Source: Octopus vulgaris (Eukaryota). Taken from it: a stretch of DNA of 64,000 nt. The notes below the pieces were generated by a model, which ran no database searches, was not told where the DNA came from, and worked only from the letters and a program-made list of their open reading frames with translations. The position numbers and the translations under genes are program-made. Below are positions 1 to 12,228 of this stretch, piece by piece; the first letter of the stretch is position 1; each line of letters begins with the position of its first letter. Location of the stretch: contig OX597815.1 in the NCBI GenBank assembly GCA_951406725.2, forward strand, positions 110,422,001-110,486,000, given 5' to 3'.

Positions 1-239
1 GAAGTTGACCCTCCCCTAAAATTCAGAACTCACAACGCAATCCACGAGGTTGGGAACTGTCCTTGTCATTGGGACTATGTTAAAAATTGTTGTTAAATGA
101 TGCAATTATTATTGTTACTGATTTAATTTGCTGTGGATATTCCCTATTCGCACATACACATACTTATATATGATCAAAGTCGATCCAGCTTGTAATCATA
201 CATTTTTTTCCTCTAAAAGTACATCATGTAACAGGTATG

Positions 240-1952
240 AATGAAGTTTCTCATAAGGTCATCAGACAGTGAGCTTCCAGATGACACTGAGAACATTAGC
301 AACATACTATTTTCGGCATCCTGAAATGGATCGGTCGTCCATCACTCAGTTCTGTGCAGATTTGTGATGTTACCTTACTGAACCCACATACCCTTAGTAG
401 GATCGATGTGATTAGTGTGACTGAGTCGGAAAAAGAAACCAAGCAAACTTGGTGACCGAGAAATTTCTCCAAGAGCAGGTAAGGCTTACAAAATGTGGCG
501 GACGTTCTGTAAAGTCTTTCAGGATGTTTTGAAGAAATCTACGAGTGACATGTGTGACAGTATCCTTTCCTATGAGTTATAGAAGGAATAATTTTAGTAC
601 ATGCCTTGTTTTGGGGACAGAGAATGAAACAAAACGGCAAACAGTCTTCACGAGATTCACATCCCGTCATACGTCTGTACATGGCCCAACAAGTGTAACA
701 ATTAAGAGCATTTCACTTGATATTGACTGTTGGCATATTGTCAACTTTGTAGCGCAATCTAAGGTGTTCCTAAGTGGGAAAGTGACAAGAATTGATATGC
801 GGTTAAGCATATCAGGATGAAGTTGCACATCCTTATAACCCCTGAAGACTACTGAGCCATTGTAGAAATGTGTTTCGTCGTAGGCACAGAAGCACGAGCA
901 ATAATCACGACGGTCTAATTTGTGACGTAAAATGTCACTTAAAGGCTCTCTGCCTCAAGGAGCAGGAATGTTAGTGAACGACAGAGACCGATACAACAAA
1001 AGAATTGGTAATAGAAGCAGATGCCGTGGTTCCTTTTCAAAATGCACTGCTAGTGGAAGCATCGGAAATAGCGGAAGAAACGCCTCATCCTTGGTGCAGT
1101 AGTGGGTAATGTTGAAAACTATCTCAAGAGGACCACCCTGTCCCCTTGCAGCAACAGAAAACAAATAAAGTCTGGGAAGGAATAAAAGGGCCTTTCGAGA
1201 AAAAAATTTAAAAAGAACGATGAAACAGGAATTTGATGACAAAAAGCAAAATACCATCACCTCAATCTACAGAATTGCACGATGTCCACGATCGAGAAGT
1301 TGAGCAACATCTACCTCAGATTAGAGGTGTGCATCAATAAAATCAATAACCAGGGAGATGTACTATATGAAGATAAAAAGTTAGAGCCTTTATACAGAAG
1401 ACATGCTGCCGATAGAATATTGGGGAAAGCTATATAAAAATTTACCACAGCATGAAAGTAGATGGGTGTTTTTTTATATATACGAAGCCCAGTATACCCA
1501 TCATGACTACCCGTCTGATAAGGGTACACTTGGCACATGCATAACAACCATATGTGCGCGACATGGTGATCTCATATCAAGATAAACAGCACATGACCTT
1601 GCAGGTGGAGCTCAGTTAGAATTTTCTTCTAGTCGAGTAACCCATCCCGCTCAAAAGGTCCCTGAATAAGGGTTGCTTAAGGATGTTGAACGAACCACCC
1701 GTGTTTCCAAAGGTGAATTATCCAAACCTCTAAGAATTCCTTTAAACACACGGCTATGATGCTCTTCCACTACTACTGCTTGTGATCAGAGATGCACATA
1801 TCGTCAGCCACTAAGGGACATGCTCAACTGGTTAATTTGTGGTATTGAGCAGAATATTTGCTGTAGCCCAAGACAAAACAATGTACATGATAACACTTCC
1901 AGTCAGTTAAGATCAGGAGCCTTGAGAGCCACTGTCCGGTACTGCATCGGGG

Positions 1953-1954
<2 letters not shown>
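240..1954 (-). mobile_element. Highly decayed non-LTR retrotransposon (probably CRE-like), 5' part plus RT remnant; 5' end abuts (TAA)n
   Basis: Minus-strand translation gives ordered remnants LLFLPRLYLFSVAARGQGG, IPAP*GREPL, FYNGSVVFRGYKDVQLHPDMLNR, VTRRFLQNILKDF and HHKICTELSDGRP. These resemble CRE-clade RT motifs (HPPAP, F.NGSAGG..G..PQHLKDM, RRFL, GVQQGDP). Many stops and frameshifts. Confidence 0.4.

Positions 1955-2017
<63 letters not shown>
1954..2017. repeat. (TTA/TAA)n microsatellite, one flank of the Dong-like insertion
   Basis: Direct reading. Confidence 0.95.
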
Positions 2018-2018
<1 letters not shown>

Positions 2019-3155
2019 TTTTTTTTTTCTTCTTTCAAATTTTCTTACATTTCTTGCCGAGTGTCTTCCCGACTCCTAGGGCAAAGAAACTCATAGTGTA
2101 TATTGGTAGGCCATTAAACCAAACTCAGTAGTTCGTTCATTTTTTAATTTTTTTTTTAAGTTAAATTAAAATACATGAGCAGCAACAGTTCTCACATCGA
2201 CAATGCTCTTCTCAATACGTGTGATGTACCAGTTAAGACAATCTTTTGCACTTCTTGCAGGGATGGTAAGCCAGGGATCATTCTCATATAATTTTCGGTT
2301 CCCTTCTTGATCATTCCTAGTGCTCCTACGATCACTGGTATTGTAACCGCCTTGAGATGCCACATTTTCTCAATTTCAATGAGTAGGTCTTTATATTTTC
2401 TGAGCTTGTCAAACTCTTTCGCTGAGATATTATGATCACAGGGGATGCTCATGTCGATCAATAAGCAAACTTTATTGTTTTGGTCTTTCACAACAATATC
2501 TGGTTTATTGGCCTTGATGGTTCGGTCTGTATGTACTGGAAAGTCCCACAGAATGGTTACATTTTCTCCTTCAGTTACAGCCTCAGGGTGGTGATTATAC
2601 CACTTGTCGGCAGTTTTGATATTGTAATGCCGACTTATTAGCCAGTGGAGATATTGGCCAACTCTGTCATGTCTTAATTTATACTCCACTGGTGCTAAGA
2701 CTTTACATCCAGAGATTAGGTGGTTCACTGTTTCAATCATGTCGTTGCAGAATCGGCATTTTGGGTCTGCTCCATTTTTCATCACATTGGCCTGGTAGTT
2801 CCGGGTTGATAGGCTTTGGTCTTGAGCAGCCAGGATGAAACCTTCGCTCTCTGCTTTTAGCCCTGAGCTCCGCAGCCACTGATGGGTTTGCTTCTGGTCA
2901 ACATCAGCTTGTTTGCTGCGGGTCACATATTTGCCGTGCAGAGGTTTCTCCTCCCACCTATCAGCCAATTGCTTGTGCGCTTTTTTCATTGCCATCATTT
3001 TCACCTTCTTTGCAACAATAGTTGCCGTACTTCCCTCGGGTTGTTCAGTTTGGGTATCCTGCAAGAGATCAATAGCAAATTTTTTGCTTTCCTTGATGAT
3101 AGAATGAAGCTTCTTTCATCTCTCGTGATTTTCCACGAGCTTTAGCATCCAGTCA
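2018..3155 (-). mobile_element. 5'-truncated R4/Dong-clade LINE inserted in (TAA)n
   Basis: RLE-type C-terminus, 3' UTR and short A-run ending in TAA repeats; (TAA)n on both sides. Confidence 0.9.
2192..3064 (-). CDS. C-terminal part of R4/Dong ORF: CCHC zinc knuckle and PD-(D/E)xK restriction-like endonuclease (partial, no RT)
   Basis: Motifs KPLHGKY, AAQDQSL, CRFC...HLISGC, RHD, KPDIVV...IDMSIP, KLRKYKDL and PVIVGALG. Frame extends upstream to ~3154 through one TGA at 3116-3118. Confidence 0.9.
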   Translation of the reverse strand: MQDTQTEQPEGSTATIVAKKVKMMAMKKAHKQLADRWEEKPLHGKYVTRSKQADVDQKQTHQWLRSSGLKAESEGFILAAQDQSLSTRNYQANVMKNGADPKCRFCNDMIETVNHLISGCKVLAPVEYKLRHDRVGQYLHWLISRHYNIKTADKWYNHHPEAVTEGENVTILWDFPVHTDRTIKANKPDIVVKDQNNKVCLLIDMSIPCDHNISAKEFDKLRKYKDLLIEIEKMWHLKAVTIPVIVGALGMIKKGTENYMRMIPGLPSLQEVQKIVLTGTSHVLRRALSM

Positions 3156-3173
3156 TTATTATTATTATTATTA

Positions 3174-3213
<40 letters not shown>

Positions 3214-3215
3214 CA

Positions 3216-3273
<58 letters not shown>
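3155..3273. repeat. (TTA)n microsatellite
   Basis: Direct reading. Confidence 0.95.
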
Positions 3274-3476
3274 GCTGGCCGAATCGTTAGCGCGCCGGGC
3301 AAAATGCTTAGCCGTATTTCGTCCGTCTTTACTGTTTGAATTCTAATTCCGCCGAGATTGTCTTTGCCTTTCATCCTTTCAGGGTCGATAAAATAAGTAC
3401 CAGTTCACTATTGGGGCTGATATGATCAATTTGCTCCCTCCCCCTAACTCTCTGGCCTTGTACCAAAATTTGAAAT
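3274..3476 (+). mobile_element. tRNA-derived SINE family A with (TTA)n tail
   Basis: A/B-box-like head and core GCCTTTCATCCTTTC.GGGTCGATAAA.TAAGTACCAG, shared with more than 10 copies in the window; tail 3477-3573. Confidence 0.85.
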
Positions 3477-3481
3477 TATTA

Positions 3482-3575
<94 letters not shown>

Positions 3576-4367
3576 CATTATCATTTTGACAGAATATATG
3601 AAGTTGTTAGTGACTAGAATTAGATAATTTACGGATATGATATTATGTCACACGTTTCTTTGTCCAACAGCTATTTGAATTTAGTTTTACATTTCTTCCT
3701 AGTGAATTCTGTAATTAAGGATGCATTATACACTGCCACTTATCTTATCGGTTCTATCACTATATTACCTATATTACATCTTCATTAATATAACTAGAAT
3801 GCTTAGAAATACGAAACAGTTTCTTTTTTTTTTTTTTATAAATCCCCCATCATTAAATCTGCCCTTTTTTTTTTGTCTCTTCTAGCTGCTCGTAATCGCT
3901 GACATCAGTATATCCATTGAATATCCATTAACAATTTTGGTGAATATCTATCAGATATAATCTACATTATAAACATGACTTCAAGATAAATACTCTATTA
4001 TTATAAAATAAAGGCATAAATAAATATTGTTTAGATAGCTATCTTCATGAAAAGCATTATGGTTATCATTCCATCGCTATTACGGCCCATTTCTACAGTA
4101 TATCATTCGAACGTTGTATTTTAATTTCTTTAACCTTACTACCACATGTCTTATCTATTGTACACTTCTCCTCTCTTCCTTTCGTTTTTATTTGTCTTTA
4201 CATCACCTAAATCTTTTCATTCTTTTCTTCATTGATTTCTTTTTTCTACTTTTATTTATTTATTTATTTATCTGTTTTATTCGATTACCGCTTTAGCTTC
4301 CTCTCATGACATATCTCCTTATTTTTCTACTTTCACTTTATTTAATGTTTCTTATCTCGCATTGTAA

Positions 4368-4419
4368 CCTCTTCTTCTTCTTCTTCTTCTTCTTCTTCTT
4401 CTTCTTCTTCTTCTTCTTC
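4368..4419. repeat. (CTT)n microsatellite
   Basis: Direct reading. Confidence 0.95.
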
Positions 4420-4659
4420 CAGATTTCTTTCTTTCTTTATTTATTTATTTAATTATTCCTTTCTACCGTTTAATGAAGAACATGCAGCTGTTAAAGAAAT
4501 AGAGAGAGAACAGTTACCATTTTGGGAATCGTAGTGAGAGTTATCGACGGTTATTGATATTGTTCCACATCGTAAAAAAATACATAATAGAAAATACATT
4601 TTAACCATAGGCTAACTTTAGTGGAGCAGACCTCTTACCAAAGACATTCCATTTACTCT

Positions 4660-5000
4660 AACCTCGAACCGATCAAAAGCTTGTAAGTGAATATGGTAGA
4701 CGGAAACTGAAAAAGCCTATCGTATACGTGTGTGTATGTGTGAGTGAGCATGTATGTGCGCGTGCGTGTGTATTTGAGTCTGTTTTTCTTTCACCACCGC
4801 TTGACAACCGGTATTGGTTTGCTTACGTTCTCGTAGCTAAGAGGTTCGGCAAACAGAACTTAGCGGACGTACAAAAAGAAACCAATAGTATAAGTATCAG
4901 GCGTAAAAAATATATATAAGTACTGAAAGTTTGACTGGAAGTTCTTCAAGGCAACGCCCCAGTATGACCGTAGTCTAATGACTGAAACCAAAAGATAGAA
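4660..5000 (+). mobile_element. SINE family B (internal microsatellite, CR1-like 3' tail), diverged
   Basis: Matches the full copy at 53508-53920 (ggtagacggaaactga; gcttgacaaccg; cagtatgaccgtagtc..gactgaaac). Confidence 0.8.
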
Positions 5001-5024
5001 GATACGTATGATTTTAACACATTA

Positions 5025-5389
5025 CTTGCAGTATCGCCCGGTGTTGCTCGGGTTTGTTTCGACCCTTTAGAATTGGAATTTTTGAAAAGTAAAATTTTAC
5101 GTAATGTATCTTGTTATTCTCTTTAAATGAACATTTTTCTGGTTGAAATACACCGAAAAATGGCAAGACAGCAGTCAAAAAATCGTTAAAAAATTGGGAT
5201 TTTCATAGAATTTATGATCTTGATATGGTCCCAATTTGAATTTTATCTTCTACGGAATGAAGAGCAAGCCTTCTTCTATCATACTCTCAATTTTGGTCAA
5301 CTTGCGCCGCAGGGTCTCGGAGGAGATAGTGTTAGTTGAAAGCTACCAAACCTGCCACAAACAGACAACTTCAGTTTTATATATATAGA
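5025..5389 (-). mobile_element. Non-autonomous Helitron
   Basis: Minus strand starts A|TCTATATATATAAAA and ends with hairpin CCCGAGCAACACCGGG then CAAG|T (CTAG variant); A|T target, no TSD. Confidence 0.8.
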
Positions 5390-5937
5390 TTAGCGTCACC
5401 TGAATCATTTGTGTCAAATTTGCGAAACCTCATTAATTTTATGTATTACCATTGATACTGTCAACGGCAATGAGTGAAAGAATCTATCAAGGGTGGTAGA
5501 CTACAGAATTACATTCGTTGCTGTATTTAGTTATATTTTTACGTTAACTGTATTCAGTTATATTTATTCCTGCGAATAAAGTTGACCAGGAGTTAAGCAA
5601 TATAAACATCTCATACTTTGAAACTCAACTGCCTAGAATTTAATTAGATGAATAAAGCAAATTTCTCTTCTATCAATAAGAATTTTGAAAATGATACCAC
5701 CACATCATTTTCACTTTGCCATTCCGCTTTCGAACTCGGCAAATACCAATGAACTATTTATGTTGATATATTCATGTTATCATCTTGGGCTTGTGCCTAA
5801 AGCAGAGATCTAAATTTCTGTGACGCTCTGTTACATTCTTCTGATTTCTATTCCTACGGGTATCATTGTAAGCTTTTATTCTTCTGGGATCGATGGAGAG
5901 GTAGCTGTAGATACGTAACCGTGTATTACAATCCAGC

Positions 5938-6133
5938 AAATTTTGGCACAAGGCCAGCCATTTCGGGAGAGAGGTCAAGTCGATTACATCGGCCCCATTG
6001 TTCAACTGGTACTTATTTTAGCGACCCCCGAAAAGATGAAAGTCTAAGTCGACCTCAGTGGATTTGAACTCAGAACCTAAAGACGGACAAGCATTTTACC
6101 CGGCGTGCCAACGATTCTGCTTAGCCTGCGCCT
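5938..6133 (-). mobile_element. SINE family A
   Basis: Reverse complement of family A core and head. Confidence 0.85.
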
Positions 6134-6446
6134 CACCACCTAACAAAATATTAACATGTTACAGCATATATTCAAGCCTTTACTGACAACCCAATGCCAG
6201 GGCCTTTACGTGGTTTATAGAATTTTGTAGAAATAGTTATCAAATCTCTCTCTATATTGCAAATTTAAAATAAAATTAAAAGACACTATAGATAATGGCG
6301 TTTAATCAGAGATTCCTGCAAAAAAAGGTGTCCTGGTGTTAAGTAACAAAAACATCTCATCCTTTGAATCTCAACTACTTAGGATTTAATTACACGATTA
6401 AAGCAAATTTCTCTCTGCTATCAATAAGAATTATGAACATTTAGAC

Positions 6447-6818
6447 AAGTTGTTCTCAACCATTTTTGTACATTTGGACCTCTTTGATTACTCTTTTATT
6501 CTAGTGGACCCCAGAATAGCCTTTCGACGTTTAAAAGACTTTCAAAATTCCTATTTTATTTTTCACGCATTCACTTGCGTAGGTTTGCAATAGCACTCGC
6601 TGAGAGAACATGTTTCAGTGGCTGGAAACCTGTTAAACTATGTAAAAGTTAGAGAGACAACCTAACTGCTTTCTGCAATCAATAAACCTAAAGCAAAATG
6701 TTTTCATGAATCGTTACGATACTACTGTAGATTCCCAATATACTATTTTGCTTGTGTGGAACCCCCAAAACTTACAAGGACCACAAGGGGTCACATGAAT
6801 CCCAGTTGACAAATAGTG
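6447..6818. mobile_element. hAT-type MITE
   Basis: Degenerate CAGTGGTTCTCAACC-type TIRs; 8-bp TSD atttagac (6439-6446) / attttgac (6819-6826). Confidence 0.65.
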
Positions 6819-7162
6819 ATTTTGACTAATATTCCATTTATTTTCAAAATAGCGCTGTTCCAAACAGTAATCCATTAGTCTACATATTTAGTTATTCATA
6901 GATTATATATAAATCAGCAACGGCTTATTTTCAGTGAAGAGTGGGATATGCATGATCACACTTTCGCTCTCCGACAACGTCGTTATTGACATAATACTCT
7001 ATTCATAAATATAATTTCCGTTGACGTTTGCTGCAACGTCTATAATTTGCACGTGCCAGTGAATTGTGACTCTTAATATGGTCTTGCGCATGGAAAGTGC
7101 ATCAATGGCATTACTGTCGCAAAAACATGCTCGTATATAGCAGCTGACGTTGAAACATAGAC

Positions 7163-7540
7163 ACAATGAGCTGGCAGAATCGTTAACGCGCTTAGCGGAA
7201 TTTCGTCCGCCGCTGCATTCTGAGTTCAAATTCCGACGAGGTCGACTTTACCTTTCATCCTTTCGGAGTCGATAAATTAAGTACCAGTGACGCACTGGGG
7301 TCGATGTAATCGACTTAATCCGTTTGTCTGTACTTGTTTGTCCCCTCTATGTTTAGCCCCTTGTGGATAGTAAAGAAATAGGTATTTCGTACGTCGCTAC
7401 GTTCAAATTCGGCCAAGGTCGACTTTGTCTTTCATCCTTTCGGGGCCGATAAATTAAGTACCAGTTACATACTGGGGTCGATCTAATCGACTAGCCCCGT
7501 CCCCCAAAATTTCAGGCCTTGTGCCTTTAGTAAAAAGGAT
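7163..7540 (+). mobile_element. Dimeric SINE family A
   Basis: Core occurs twice (~7240-7315 and ~7415-7492). Confidence 0.85.
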
Positions 7541-7576
7541 GTATATATATATATATTGTTTATGTTTATGTTTTCC

Positions 7577-7613
7577 AGTTTCAGCTCTTGAGCTGTGGCC
7601 ATGCTGGGGCACC

Positions 7614-7617
<4 letters not shown>
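7577..7617 (-). mobile_element. Isolated ~45-nt CR1 3'-tail mini-element
   Basis: GGCGGTGCCCCAGCATGGCCACAGCTCAAGAGCTGAAAC matches the LINE tail at 42193-42231. Confidence 0.8.
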
Positions 7618-7653
<36 letters not shown>

Positions 7654-7719
7654 GGGTGCATGTGCTTATGTATATATGTATATATATGTATGTGTATGTG
7701 TGTATGTATCTTTGTGTCT

Positions 7720-7930
7720 GTGTATCTCTCCTATTCTCACTTTATACCAACCGGCGTTGGTGTGCTTATGTCCTGTAACTTAGCGGTTCAGCAAAAAAAT
7801 ACTGATAGAATAAGTTCCAGGCATTTATGACAAAAAAGTACTGGAGCCTTTTCGTTTGTCTCAAAATTCTCCAAAATGGTACCCCAGCATAGCCGGAGTC
7901 TAGTGACTGAAATAAATGAAAGATAAAGAT
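7720..7930 (+). mobile_element. SINE family B, 3' half
   Basis: taacttagcggttc...gatagaataag...cccagcat...gactgaaat. Confidence 0.8.
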
Positions 7931-7940
7931 ATATATAAAA

Positions 7941-8330
7941 GAAGCGACAACCAGAAGTCCTTCTGATCCAATGGTTCCACAAAAGAATGGAGCCCCTACC
8001 CCTATGAACAACCAGGCTGATAAGGATAGGGAAGATGAAGAAGGAACAACTAGAAGTCCCTCTGATCCAATGGTCCCACAGAAGAATGGAGTCTCACCTC
8101 TGTGGACAATCAGTGGAATGTAAGGACTACCACCAGTATAGAAAGGAAAGACCATGAGCAAAAACATAAAATAGAAAAAAGAGAAGGAAAAGAAGAAACA
8201 ACCAAAACCGAAACCCAAAACCACCAAACAAAAAAACACGACCCAGATATGGAGGCTCCAACGAAATCCACCGACTCTAGAGGAGATGAAAAATTTGGAG
8301 CAAAGACGAGGACGTGCAAATTTTACAAGT
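7941..8330 (+). pseudogene. Orphan coding fragment with internal 33-codon-spaced repeat, probably LINE ORF1 linker ending at a CCCH-type zinc finger start
   Basis: TTRSPSDPMVPQKNG occurs twice with only synonymous differences; 1-nt frameshift at ~8095; ends KTRTCKFYK. Confidence 0.55.
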
Positions 8331-8359
8331 GCATGTGTGTGTGTATCTTATATATATAT

Positions 8360-8732
8360 GTGGAGGCGCAATGGCCCAGTGGTTAGGGCAGCGGACTCGC
8401 GGTTTCGATTCCCAGGCCAGGCGTTGTGAGTGTTTATTGAGCGAAAACACCTAAAAAGCTCCACGAGGCTCCGGCAGGGGATGGTGGTGATCCCTGCTGT
8501 ACTCTTTCACCACAACTTTCTCTCGCTCTTACTTCCTGTTTCTGTTGTACCTGTATTTCAAGGGGCCGGCCTTGTCACTCTCTGTGTCATGCTGAATATC
8601 CCCGAGAGCTACGTTAAGGGTGCACGTGTCTGTGGAGTGCTCAGCCACTTACACGTTAATTTCACGAGCAGGCTGTTCCGTTGATTCGGATCAACCGGAA
8701 CCCTCATCGTCGTAACCGACGGAGTGCTTCCA
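8360..8732 (+). mobile_element. tRNA-derived SINE family C (Arg-like head), young copy with small head deletion
   Basis: GGCGCAATGGCCCAGTGGTTAGGGCAGCGGACTCGCGG head; near-identical to 14158-14547. Confidence 0.9.
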
Positions 8733-8760
8733 TATATATATATATATAGAATAATATATA

Positions 8761-9084
8761 GGTTGAATAAAGTTAAAATATAGTCTGGTTTTCACGTCTT
8801 TTATTATGGTATTTTAACAAATTAGCGCTTTCATACATAGTGTACTCAACAGATTTTAAATGTGTTTAACTGACAGTTGAGTTCTTGACAACTTTAGTAC
8901 CTCTTAGAACGCTCCAACTAGCTGAATTTTAGAGCGTTCTAAGAGGTACTAAAGTTGTCAAGAACCTTACTGTCTGTTAAACACATTTAAAATCTGGTGA
9001 GTACACTATGTATGAAAGCGCTAATCTTGTGAAAATACCATGATAAAAATGTAAATACCAGACTATGTTTAACTTTATTCAACT
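8761..9084. repeat. ~324-bp palindrome: inverted duplication of a Penelope-type terminus with a hammerhead-like motif in each arm
   Basis: Arms 8761-8914 and 8932-9084 are reverse complements around a 17-nt loop; TA flanks. Confidence 0.9.
8990..9027 (+). ncRNA. Minimal hammerhead-like motif (core CTGGTGA, A6G); mirror copy on minus strand at 8819-8856 (CTGTTGA, A6U)
   Basis: aat-CTGGTGA-gtacactatgtat-GAAA-gcgc-TA-atc; palindromic stem III. Confidence 0.6.
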
Positions 9085-9485
9085 TATATATACATATATA
9101 TGCATATATGTGTGTGTGTGTTTATATATGTATGAACGTATATATGTATAAGTATTTTTGGGAAAACTGCCAGTGCTGCACTCCACCGTTCTTCGAGGTA
9201 TATTCGTGTGATCTTTTCAGAAGATATGAATTGTGAAAGACAGTGGAGGCGTTATTTCCAGACATAACACTTCTGCTAACTTTCAGATTTGCAACTTCGT
9301 AAGTTTATACGTTATGTAAGTATATGATATTCTGACTAAAGAAGAAATTGATCACAGACTGTTTTCCAATAAATATTTACTCTATATCTCAAAGTTCTCT
9401 TTTCTTTCGACCCTATTCACGAACATGTATGTATGCATGTATATATGTATGTGCGTGTGTGTATATATGTAAACACACACACACA

Positions 9486-10293
9486 CAGTGTGTGTTCCGG
9501 TTAAATTTGACAGTTTGTTAAAAATAAAAAAAATTTTTAAATTAAAAAATATCAGCTTGATCATGGCTGGGAGTAAAGAGTTTACTCGAAATATCGGCCC
9601 TCAGCTTCCACCACAAACTCAACGAGGCTCCGAAACCTGATGCATGCTTTCCTCACTTTGTTCCGGGAAAGATCTTCGAACAGCTTGATCTTTGCCAGTA
9701 GTTTGACCATGGTGTTCTAGGCAACGTGGGATTATAATTTGGGGAATCCGGAGGCCAAAAGTTGAAACTCTTGAAGTCGCAGAATTTCTCCGATAATCAC
9801 TTTTGATTCTTTCCAGTGATATAGCGAGGAGTTAAATCCAACTTCCACACATGACCGTGCAGTAGAAACCCTCTGTAGCCAGGGATTGACCACAGTCTCC
9901 AACGGCTTCATATAGCTGTCTAAACTGAGCCTAGGGCTTTGATCAAAGATGTGGGGATGAACTCCATTGTGCGGACGCAGTCAGAATGCCTGCTGTGTCA
10001 CTTCTTGCTGGTTACAGCTTCGTAGTTTCCATTGCTGCTGTCTATGTCACATCTTACAGCCGTTACACTGTGCACGGAGCATTGAGCAGCAGTTGTGATA
10101 CTCAACGTGAGTATTCGATACAAATAACGCTTTTCTAATAGTCATGTCTTCCAGTCCTCCATGTCAGCTAACATTTTCTCCACTACAACTTTAATCTTTA
10201 TGCTCTCCAAAACCGTTGACTGTTCACCAATACATCAAGCTGATCCTGAAAAGAAGGGGCATGAAAATCATCAAATTTAGACCGAAAACACTG
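9486..10293 (-). mobile_element. Internally deleted Tc1/mariner element (maT/DD37D-like)
   Basis: TIRs cagtgtgtgttccggttaaatttga and the reverse complement of tcaaatttagaccgaaaacactg, followed by TA. Minus-strand remnants PHIFDQ..RL..DSY, LETVVNPWLQRV and FWPPDSP. Confidence 0.8.
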
Positions 10294-10419
10294 TATATGC
10301 ATACACATATATTTACATACGTATTTATATGAATATATGAGCATTTGATATATATGTGTTTATGTGGTCCATTTACTATTAGTTAGAACTATACTGTTAG
10401 TATATCATCTAATACAAAT

Positions 10420-10900
10420 GCTGCATTATTCGGAATCTGAATAATATTGACAGGATTTGCGTGAAATTTGTTCCTTGTACACAAATTGAAGAAATGGTAA
10501 GCATCCACTACCACGCTTGCACTTTATAACAAAACTTTCGAAAGATTTTTCACTCAAATGAATTGAAAGACTTCGTGACTTGAGCTGAAAGTCTAAGATA
10601 TCAAGGGCGACAACTGATTCAAGCAAGTGTTCTAGAAAATGGTGTCAGATCAGTTGTAATTTCTGTTGAGAGTTACGTTCAGTATACCTCTTTCCCTGGC
10701 CAATATTAGACGGTAGGCTTGGTATCAAAGGGCTTCCTGAGATCGTACATTGGACCTGGACAATTAATTCGTTGCAGTTAGATTGTAGACAGTTGAAATA
10801 TGTATACTATTTACATTTATTTTAGAAAGTAATTGCAGTTTATGCTACTATATTTCATACACGCTTCACTGCCTTACGTCAGCAGCATGGTCAGTTACAT
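10420..10900 (-). mobile_element. Decayed Penelope-like GIY-YIG endonuclease remnant
   Basis: IVYIFQ ... LEHLLES ... SRS..IHL...FESFVIK resembles the PLE C-terminus. Confidence 0.45.
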
Positions 10901-11152
10901 TATCCTGTACATTCCCTTCAAAATTTCAGACACAACATCGGCGGCAAACCGGAACAATTTGTGATTGTGTGGCATAACTGATGAATAAATATGTTATATG
11001 CACTTAGTGAACTTATAAATAACATACCTGGAACACACATTCATACATGCACACTCATATCTACGTGGTATATGATCCTATATACATGTATATGGATATA
11101 AACATAATATATACGTGTGCGTATGTATGAGTAATATATATTTATATATATA

Positions 11153-12228
<1,076 letters not shown>

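Noticed and set aside
9215-9260. CAGAAGA...GAAA possible hammerhead
   Set aside because: No convincing stems I and III
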